From: Squalus acanthias
Lineage: Eukaryota
Assembly (NCBI GenBank): GCA_030390025.1
Contig: CM059431.1
Coordinates: forward strand, 137,518,001-137,582,000
Length of the DNA stretch: 64,000 nucleotides
Direction of reading: 5' to 3'
Part shown: positions 36,004 through 43,906 of the stretch, piece after piece
How positions within the stretch are numbered: the first letter of the stretch is position 1
Layout: every line of letters begins with the position of its first letter
Translations under genes and position numbers: made by a program
The notes under the pieces: model-generated
Told to the model about the DNA's origin: nothing
Seen by the model: the letters and a program-made list of their open reading frames with translations, nothing else
The model's database searches: none

Positions 36004-39000
36004 TTAAATCCTGAGAAGGCTGCTGCGAGCTCTTCCCGACGGTGGGAGGGCACTGACCCTTCCCTCTGATCTGCCGCAGCCTGTTACTGCTTCGATGTGG
36101 CCTGTCTCTACCCGGGTTATCTTAACCTGAAACTTACGCCCTGGGGCAGCCTGTGGACCTGACCACATCTTCCTGGGCTGGGGTACTCTGCTTGACCTAC
36201 GGGGAATTGCTATGGGCGGGGGCTCCGTGACGGACGGACCGGGTCCCGAGACCTTCAACGGGATGACCTGGGGTTCCATCACAGGCGCCAGCCCCGCCTC
36301 CGCTGACTCCGCCTCCCTAACCTCGGGGCTGGTAGTTCGGGGCCCCGCCCTGCTCGGCCCAGCAGGCGGCCCTTCACTCGCGAACTCTGCCTCCCCTGAG
36401 GACTGGACGTTCAAAGCGGGCGGCCACACCTCTGGGAACCACATAGCGGCTGGCCCGGCCTCCTCTAGCTCCTTCCTCCTGCTGTCGGGACCTGCAGCTT
36501 GTGTGTCCACCCCGTATGGATCTCTACCTAGCGGCCCCAATCCTTCCAGACCGTTCCTCTGAAACCACCCGTCATCATCACTATGCTCATCTGCACTATC
36601 CTCATCTGACCAGGGTACCCTGGGGTCCTCGTCATCTAACCCCCAACTCCAGAAAAACGCTGCATGATCGTCCGGGATGTCCCTTCCCCTGATGCAAGCT
36701 GCTACGCCTGCCTGTGTGCCTTGTGGTCCTACCTGGGGCTGTGTTTTCCCATTGGCGGGATTTACCCCTGTAGTTTTCCCTTGCGCACCCGGCTGGTACA
36801 GTTTACATTGGTTTATGTGGAACCACTTAGTGCGCCGAGGTACTTTTACGGCGTAAACCATGGGACTTGCCTTGTCTACAATGTTGTAGGGTCCCATATA
36901 CAGTGGTTCCAGACTCCCTACTCTGGCGTAGTTTCTGACCATGACCTGGTCTCCTACTTCCCACTGCCGCGTTTTGCGGGGTTCCAGCAACAAGCGATTG
37001 CCCTGGTGCTGCCTTCCCATGTTCCCAGCCGCCTGCTCATAAACTTGCTTCAGGCGCTCCAAGAGAGTTTGGGCGAACTTGTCCCTGCTGATCTCTTGAA
37101 GCTGACCCTCAGTGAGCACCGGGGCTAGCACATGGGTGGGGGTTCGCATGAGCCTGCCGGTCATTACCTCGTGCGGGGAGTACCCCGTACTTTTTGACTG
37201 ACTGGCCCGGACCCCCATGAGGACTAAAGGCAGAACTTCCGCCCATTTTTGGGGCGAGTTCCTAGTCTCTTTCCTCAATTTCTCCTTCAGGGTCCGGTTC
37301 ATACGTTCAACAATCCCGGATGACTGGGGATTGTGTGCTACGTGCCACTTCCCTTCAATGCCCAAAAGCATGAGGGTGTTCTGCATCACCTGGCCGGTGA
37401 AATGACTCCCTTGGTCTGACTCCACGAAACGGGGGAGTCCCCACCGCGAGAACACTTCCCGGACCAAGATTTTTGCTGTACCCAGTGCCGTAGCTGTTCG
37501 ACAAGGGAAGGCTTCCACCCACTTGGAAAACACATCCACCAGGACGAGGCAGTACTTATAACCTCCCTGGGTGGTGGGCAGGGGTCCTATATAGTCGATC
37601 TGTATCGACTGCCATGGTCCCTCTACCCTTCTTACGTGTCCCATGGGCACCTTCCTTTTCTGGGGGTCTGGGTTATTTGCAGCGCACACAAGACAGTTTG
37701 CACAGAACTCGCGGACTTGTTCCCTGAGCCCTGGCCACCATCCCGCTTGCTCTACCCGTTGCCAGGTAACCTCGGGCCCGGGGTGCCCTGCCCCTGGTCC
37801 CTCGTGAGCCAACTGGAGGAATTCCCTCCTGTGCTGCTGCGGCACAACCCACTGCTCCTCGCGGAACAGCATGCCTTCCTTAACTGAGAGGGTTGCCGTA
37901 CTGTACGGACCTTCTACCTGCCTCCCCTCAGCAATCGTTTTTAGGACTGCTTTTAGGGCGGGATCCTGGGCTTGGACGGTCTTAAGGTCTAGGGGCAATG
38001 CTACCCTGGTGTTCCCGGTATTCCCGTCCCCGCCTCGGACCGCTGCTATGGGTCCGGTTCTATAGGGGTTCCAGAAAGTACCGTCGCGGGCACCCTCCCT
38101 GGCTAGCGCATCCGCCTGCCGGTTGCCCTCCCCACGGGGCTCTGTGGAGGAGTGAGCTTTCACCTTATGGATGAAAATCTCCCCTTCCTCCCCTACTGCT
38201 GCTGCTAAGATCTTCTCCAGCAAGGGCTTTACCGTTAAAGGTCGCCCGTCCGCGGAGGTGTATCCACGGCGGGACCAAATGGCCAGGTATTCCGTACACG
38301 AATTGCAGGTGAACATACTGTCCGAGCAAATCGTGTATGGGGTTGGGAAAATGTCTGGGTGGGTTACCACGTACACCACGGCAGACAGCTCAGCCTGCTG
38401 CGCGCTCATGGTGCTAGGGAGCTTGATCGCCAGGGCAAGGTCTGCCGCAGGGTCATAAACTCCACACCCTGTGAGTCGCTCGCCAGCAGATACTGTGCTA
38501 GACCCATCAACATAAATCTCGCGCCCAGTGGGATGTATCCCGGCCCGTAAACCTATGTTGACGTCCCACACCCCTTCCACCGAACACCGGTGGGCTGTAC
38601 CGGGGTATACCAAATTGGCCGCAAGCCTGGGCTCGCAAAGACCTTTTACTCTAAGATCCAACTGGGAGAGAAGAAGGGTCCAACGCGCAATGCGTGCGCT
38701 GCTTACGGTCCCGTCTTTAATCCTCCCATCCAGAAGCATCTTAGTTGGTGTGTGATGTGTGAGGAGAGTGATGGGAGAGAGCCCTGTGAAGATCGCTGAT
38801 CTTTTCACAGCCCAATGCGTGGCTAAAAGGTGCCTTTCGCAATTGGAAAAACTTCTCTCCACATCCGTTAATACCCTGGATGAATAGACAACCGGCCTCA
38901 GCTTGCCGTGACGCTCTTGGAGCAGCACGGCGCTTAAGCTGTCTCCGCTGGCAGCTACCTCCAGGAAAAACTCCTTCCCCCCATCTATGGCCCCTAAGGC

Positions 39001-40467
39001 TGGCGCGGTCTGCAGATCCCTTTTTAACTTCTCGAAGGCTGCTTGGCAGCCCTCGTCCCAAAGCCACTCTACCCCCTTATGGAGGAGTCGGAGGAGCGGC
39101 GCCGCTGTGGCCGCATAATCCTCGATAAAATCCCTGCAGTAACCGGTCAGTCCCAAGAAGGACCTCACACCCCTTACGTTGTTGGGAATCGGTAATTCTT
39201 GCACCGACTCCCTCCTTGCTTTGTCTATGGCTCTTTCCCCAGCGCGTAGGGTCAGTCCCAGGAATTTTACTTCCTGCTGACCGATACGTGCTTTCTTTGG
39301 GTTTACTTTAAAACCCTTTCTCGCTAACAGCTCCAATAACTCGTCCAGTAGTGGTCCGTGCTCCTCCCTTGAGTCCGTAAATAGGAGCAAATCATCCACA
39401 TACTGTACTATCTGATTGGGCTGACTAAACTCCTTTAAACTTCCTGCCATACACTGGTGAAAAATACTGGGGCTATTGTGGAAACCCTGTGGCAAGCAGT
39501 TCCACGTGTACTGTTGCCCTTTAAACGTAAAGGCAAACTTGTACTGGTCCTCTCGCCGCAGCGGGATGGACCAAAAACCGTTCGAGATATCCAGCACCGT
39601 GAACGTGGCCGCGGACGCTGGGATGCTCCCTATTAGGTCAGCAACTGCTGCTACTGTGGGCGCGCAGGCGGGGATGTTACTGTTAAGGACTCTGTAGTCC
39701 ACCGTGGCTCTCCACGAATTATCCGGCTTCCTAACCGGCCATAATGGGGAGTTCACGTGTGTGGCTATCGGCCTCAACACGCCCTGCTGCACCAAGGAAG
39801 ACATTGCTGCCTCCATATCGGGTTCTGCTTCTTTGGGGAAGTTATACTGCTTTTGGGGTCGGGTCATGGGGTCCCCATCTACGCTGACCTCAAACCCGAC
39901 CACCCTCCCACAATCGTGCTTGTGGGTTGCAAACGCGTGCATATTATCTGTCACGTACGTTTGCATGTCCGTTGGGACATCTGCGACCATAAGCCTGAGG
40001 TCGTAGCCTCCGGATGGCTGTACGGTACACAGGACCCCTGTTTCTTCCTCCCCTTGAATTACCATTACCTCGCCCTTTTCACCTTTAGCCCCCCAGAGAC
40101 AGTGATTCCTGAGGTCCACGAGGATCCCGTGTCCCGCTAGGAGATCGGACCCGAGAATACCTCTTCCACCCCCCTTTTGCCATGCCATCAGTATACACTT
40201 CCACTTAAGGCGAAGTGTTCCTAACCGAATGGATAGCGGGAGGGAAAACGTGCCAGCCTGTTCTTTCCCTGTGAACCCTGCTAGCGTGAATGGGACCTTG
40301 GTAGATAGCGGCGAGTCAAAAGGGTCATCTGTATGGATTATGGTGCAAGAAGCTCCCGTATCCAACAAATAACTGCCCTTTTGTTTCTCTACCTCCATCT
40401 CCACCACAGGTCGCCTCCACGCATCATAGCTGAGCGGACACAGGTAGACGGGCTGTGCTGGTTCTAG
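36004..40467 (-). CDS. pol: Pol: protease, RT, tether (degenerate RNase H), RNase H, integrase, long acidic/Pro-rich tail
   Basis: LLDTGA...ILGSD; LDISNGFWSIP, LPQGFHNSP, YVDD; IYVDGS...SAQQAEL...SDS...KVKAH...GNRQADALA; HEG..AGH..CANCLVC; IQIDYIGP..SDQGSHF..GIVERMN; GPY. Open from the gag stop onward. Confidence 0.97.
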   Translation of the reverse strand, partial: LEPAQPVYLCPLSYDAWRRPVVEMEVEKQKGSYLLDTGASCTIIHTDDPFDSPLSTKVPFTLAGFTGKEQAGTFSLPLSIRLGTLRLKWKCILMAWQKGGGRGILGSDLLAGHGILVDLRNHCLWGAKGEKGEVMVIQGEEETGVLCTVQPSGGYDLRLMVADVPTDMQTYVTDNMHAFATHKHDCGRVVGFEVSVDGDPMTRPQKQYNFPKEAEPDMEAAMSSLVQQGVLRPIATHVNSPLWPVRKPDNSWRATVDYRVLNSNIPACAPTVAAVADLIGSIPASAATFTVLDISNGFWSIPLRREDQYKFAFTFKGQQYTWNCLPQGFHNSPSIFHQCMAGSLKEFSQPNQIVQYVDDLLLFTDSREEHGPLLDELLELLARKGFKVNPKKARIGQQEVKFLGLTLRAGERAIDKARRESVQELPIPNNVRGVRSFLGLTGYCRDFIEDYAATAAPLLRLLHKGVEWLWDEGCQAAFEKLKRDLQTAPALGAIDGGKEFFLEVAASGDSLSAVLLQERHGKLRPVVYSSRVLTDVERSFSNCERHLLATHWAVKRSAIFTGLSPITLLTHHTPTKMLLDGRIKDGTVSSARIARWTLLLSQLDLRVKGLCEPRLAANLVYPGTAHRCSVEGVWDVNIGLRAGIHPTGREIYVDGSSTVSAGERLTGCGVYDPAADLALAIKLPSTMSAQQAELSAVVYVVTHPDIFPTPYTICSDSMFTCNSCTEYLAIWSRRGYTSADGRPLTVKPLLEKILAAAVGEEGEIFIHKVKAHSSTEPRGEGNRQADALAREGARDGTFWNPYRTGPIAAVRGGDGNTGNTRVALPLDLKTVQAQDPALKAVLKTIAEGRQVEGPYSTATLSVKEGMLFREEQWVVPQQHRREFLQLAHEGPGAGHPGPEVTWQRVEQAGWWPGLREQVREFCANCLVCAANNPDPQKRKVPMGHVRRVEGPWQSIQIDYIGPLPTTQGGYKYCLVLVDVFSKWVEAFPCRTATALGTAKILVREVFSRWGLPRFVESDQGSHFTGQVMQNTLMLLGIEGKWHVAHNPQSSGIVERMNRTLKEKLRKETRNSPQKWAEVLPLVLMGVRASQSKSTGYSPHEVMTGRLMRTPTHVLAPVLTEGQLQEISRDKFAQTLLERLKQVYEQAAGNMGRQHQGNRLLLEPRKTRQWEVGDQVMVRNYARVGSLEPLYMGPYNIVDKASPMVYAVKVPRRTKWFHINQCKLYQPGAQGKTTGVNPANGKTQPQVGPQGTQAGVAACIRGRDIPDDHAAFFWSWGLDDEDPRVPWSDEDSADEHSDDDGWFQRNGLEGLGPLGRDPYGVDTQAAGPDSRRKELEEAGPAAMWFPEVWPPALNVQSSGEAEFASEGPPAGPSRAGPRTTSPEVREAESAEAGLAPVMEPQVIPLKVSGPGPSVTEPPPIAIPRRSSRVPQPRKMWSGPQAAPGRKFQVKITRVETGHIEAVTGCGRSEGRVSALPPSGRARSSLLRI

Positions 40468-42279
40468 TCATGGGGCACTATTAGACGGTCCTGCGGCACC
40501 TACGGGGCCGGTTGCGACCGCCACCTGTCCACGCGCATTCAAAACCATCTTGCGCATGACTCCTAACACTGCTTCGAGGTCTTCAGGAGAGGTGGGTGCC
40601 TTTGCTTCCTTAGCCGGGACAGGCGCCTGGGTTCGGACCGCGGGATTTTTATCCTTGGAATCCTTCCAAGGGTTCCTGCAGTGCTTGCGCCAGTGCCCTG
40701 TCTTCCCACACCCGTAACAGGCATTACTTGCCTGTGGGGCGCGATTACCCTCCTGATGCCACTCTCTTTGAGTCGGGGCTGCGGGTCGTACCTCATGTAC
40801 TCTTCCCTTAAAGGGACGTGTCGTCATACCCCTTATGTTACGGTAACCTAACGTGAGTCGATTCAAGACCGACTCTTCCGTAAGGTTGAGGTCATTGGGA
40901 TCGAACCAGGCTTTTGCCTGCTCTCTAACGGCTGGTAAACTGTTGGCTATTATGCACCTAAGCCAATGAATTAAAGCGGCGCCTTCCACATCTTCGCGTT
41001 CGGGCGCACCTAGACAGCTGCGCTCATATACTGGCCACAGCCTGTCGGCAAAAACCTTCGGGGGTTCTCCCTCCATCTGCACTGTCTGTCCCACTCTAGC
41101 AAACGGACCTCCGTCGTTCGCTCCCACTACTTCTAGGACCTCATTTTTCAATTCCTCATAACTTTTATTACCCCTCTTGCTATCGCCTGAGAGACACTGA
41201 AGGACCGAGCTATCTAAAGAGAACAGCAGCATTTTTGCTGTCTCCCCATCATCGCAGCCGTTGATGGCTGCGGCTTGCTCAACTTCCCTAAAATGTACGG
41301 AAGGGTCGTCTATCTCGGTCAGCTTCCTTACGTGGTTTATCATGGCCCTCAGCTGATGTGAACTGTGAGGCAACACCAGCTGTCCGAGGAGATCCCCCGG
41401 TTCTTCCCCACCGTTTCTGCTTGGGCCCCTTTTAATCCCCGTTACGGGATACAACGATCCCTTTTCTACCTCCTTTTCAACGGGCTCTTTTGCTTCTTCC
41501 GTTGCTTCCTCCCTAACCCAGGTTTCTGAATAGCTGGGTGGCGCGGAGGGCGCAGTGGCTACTACTTCTTCTGCTTTACTTGGTGGGGAATTTCTAAATC
41601 TCTCATTTACTAGCGGCTGGCGTGCCGACGGATTAATAAGGCACACCATGCCGTTCGCATTATTCACGGCCTTTTTGAGGCTCTCTATCTCTTTTTCGCA
41701 GGCGCTATGGTCGGCTCCCTGAAACTTATCCTCAAGGGCCAACTTATACGCCGACCTAACCCCCATTAAGCTCTCTTCTTGAGTTCTTATCTGGGCAGCT
41801 TGACGGTTACATCTTTCCTTCATCCTACTCTCGTTTAATTTTGCTTCAGTGATCTGGCACTCGAGATACTCTACCCTTGTTTTAAGGTAACTGGAGACTT
41901 CCTGGCTTTCCTGGCGTAACTCATTTAAACTCTTAATGAGCGCCTCCCCTCCAGAAACCTTCTCCTCCATTTCCTCCTCTAGATGCTTGATTCGAGCGGT
42001 TAGCGCTGTATTGGTCTGGTTTGAAATCTGAACCTGCCTTTTGTAGCACATAAGCCAGACTGCTTTCTCAACTGCCTTTTTATGCTCCTTACTATCCGTC
42101 CACCTTTCAGCTGCCTCTAGTGGGCTCTTATCCGCTAACAATTCGCTTATCCACTTTTTAGTTAGATTAACCTTTCCAAACACATAATCCGCTATCTTTT
42201 CCTGCATAACATTTCGTACAGTCATTCCAAAGTCTAACACATTACCCTCTCGCTGCCAGCGTCCTGCCGCGGTCGCCAT
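40468..42279 (-). CDS. gag: Gag (603 aa): N-terminal coiled coil, capsid-like region, one CCHC zinc knuckle
   Basis: Lies between PBS and pol. CYGCGKTGHWRKHC knuckle, heptad-like E/K/L-rich segment at ~aa 85-205, PSAPPSY late-domain-like motif. Confidence 0.92.
   Translation of the reverse strand: MATAAGRWQREGNVLDFGMTVRNVMQEKIADYVFGKVNLTKKWISELLADKSPLEAAERWTDSKEHKKAVEKAVWLMCYKRQVQISNQTNTALTARIKHLEEEMEEKVSGGEALIKSLNELRQESQEVSSYLKTRVEYLECQITEAKLNESRMKERCNRQAAQIRTQEESLMGVRSAYKLALEDKFQGADHSACEKEIESLKKAVNNANGMVCLINPSARQPLVNERFRNSPPSKAEEVVATAPSAPPSYSETWVREEATEEAKEPVEKEVEKGSLYPVTGIKRGPSRNGGEEPGDLLGQLVLPHSSHQLRAMINHVRKLTEIDDPSVHFREVEQAAAINGCDDGETAKMLLFSLDSSVLQCLSGDSKRGNKSYEELKNEVLEVVGANDGGPFARVGQTVQMEGEPPKVFADRLWPVYERSCLGAPEREDVEGAALIHWLRCIIANSLPAVREQAKAWFDPNDLNLTEESVLNRLTLGYRNIRGMTTRPFKGRVHEVRPAAPTQREWHQEGNRAPQASNACYGCGKTGHWRKHCRNPWKDSKDKNPAVRTQAPVPAKEAKAPTSPEDLEAVLGVMRKMVLNARGQVAVATGPVGAAGPSNSAP
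42261..42278 (-). promoter_or_regulatory. Primer-binding site complementary to tRNA-Arg(TCG)
   Basis: TGGCGACCGCGGCAGGAC, 5 nt inside the LTR. It is the 18-nt complement of the vertebrate tRNA-Arg-TCG 3' end GTCCTGCCGCGGTCG-CCA (tRNA sequence from memory). Confidence 0.88.
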
Positions 42280-42283
42280 TTTC

Positions 42284-43906
42284 TGTAAGGGACACTCTCC
42301 TGACCCTGCGTGTCTCGTAACCTGTGAGGTTCACGCGGCTCTGTGCAGCCTGTATGTCAGTGCGGGTCTAGGCCTGGTCTCCAGCCAGTCTGGGAACACT
42401 AGACACCCCTGTGAGTGGTTCGAATCACTCTCCCTTACGGTTCTAGACACTGGACTTAGATGCGAGAGCAGTAATGGAGATAAAACTCATGTAGACTTGG
42501 TTTGAACGGTACGAAATGGAAAATCTTTATTGCATGATACTGAAAATTATGAAATACATGTCATATGCACAGATTAATGACAGTACAATCTTACAAACAG
42601 TTATAAATACTCTTAGGGAAACGAGGAACGACCAGCACAACGTAAATAGGGCACACATTACAAATATCCTTAATCTTTAAAACCCTCCCCTATTAATGTC
42701 TATCCTAAAACTAGCTTCGTAGGATCCCGAGACTCATGCTCACCACTCGTAATAACTCGGAGAAATCCCGAATAGCTGATCGGATGTTTTTCACCGCAGC
42801 ACCCACGTGTTGGTCAGGAGATCTCCTGGTCCCACTTGTTTACTGCTTCTGCTGCTCGGTCAGTCGGCTGGACCGTCCGCTGTAGTGAAGACCTCTGTTG
42901 GTTGGATACAGGGTATGGTGGAGCACCGTTGTCAATATCGCTGATACGATGTGTTTGCACAGTCCAGTTATCGTCGATGCAATATGTCTTGTTAAAGAAG
43001 AAAACTTCCTGTCGAGAAGACTTGGCTGATCGACCTACAGGCGCGGTCGGGATTTACTGACCGTGGCGATGGATAAGGTCTTCTTCTCTTCTCCTCTCAT
43101 CTCATCTCATCTCATCTCATCTCATCCCGGGCCTTCGGTTCCGCTGCCAGCTACCAACATAGGTCTTTGCAACAGTCTTTTACCCAGGAGCAGCCACGAG
43201 GTTACGAATCGACCGGATAAAACACAGGAGCAGCCACGATGATAACAGCAGCAAGCGGCAAGAGTCAAGAGCAAAAGAGCAAGAGAGCGAATGGACGGTT
43301 TGGGCCTGCAATTATAGTGCACAGTTCTTCCGTTTCCCGCCCAACTACAATGTCCATTCTTTTGTTTAAGGTTTGGCGCCCAAAAATGTCCTGTATGGGT
43401 GATCTCTGTCCTTAATGGGTTTCGGGGCTACTCCTGAATGTTTGAGTATCTGTCAATATTTCTCCCATTGTTAAATCGGTCGGTGTTCCCCCTGGAGGGG
43501 TTTGGGGCTTCCAAGTGTCCTGTATAACTACCTGCTAACGGCTCTCTCATCGTAGAGCCGTTGGGAGTTTACATACTAATGTCTTTTGGATGGGCCCTTG
43601 ATGGCTTTCCTTTGTACCTGGGAGACCGATTCCAGTATCGATGTTTATACTGTAAACCCATAATGTCCTGTGTATTGTCTTCACTGTGCTGAATCGTTAT
43701 CGATCTTGCAAGAATGTTTATTGGAACGCCATCTTGTCTGCCTGCTGAAAAGTCTAGAATGTTCTGTCACGAGGTGCGGCGGCCATTTTACAGGCTGCTT
43801 GTGTCCAATTTAAACCTGACAGCATTCTGCTGAAATAAAAGCTGTTTGAACGAAACTTTGTGTTTTCTCCTTATTAAATCAAATCGCGATAATTGCGAAT
43901 TCTACA
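42284..43906 (-). repeat. 5' LTR (1623 bp)
   Basis: TGT...ACA termini. Minus-strand GC/E2F-like box ~43333-43342, TATAAT 43316-43311, AATAAA 42531-42526. Confidence 0.95.

Larger units (their letters stand above)
35094..43906 (-). mobile_element. Young retrovirus-like LTR element (loki/spuma-like pol architecture): 5' LTR-PBS-gag-pol-ORF3, 3' LTR lost
   Basis: TGT...ACA LTR, PBS, intact gag and pol, third ORF. GGGG on both sides fits a 4-bp TSD within the satellite G-run. Confidence 0.93.

Noticed and set aside
36212..40140. Plus-strand ORFs antisense to pol
   Set aside because: Short shadow frames of a GC-rich coding strand with no motifs.
42413..42430. tRNA T-arm/B-box-like hairpin GAGTGGTTCGAATCACTC in the LTR
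   Set aside because: No A-box or cloverleaf around it. More likely a U5 hairpin than a tRNA gene.
42836..43322. Short ORFs repeated three times (MFTASAARS..., MHYNCRPK...)
   Set aside because: Identical only because they lie in the LTR copies. Non-ATG starts, no recognisable domain.
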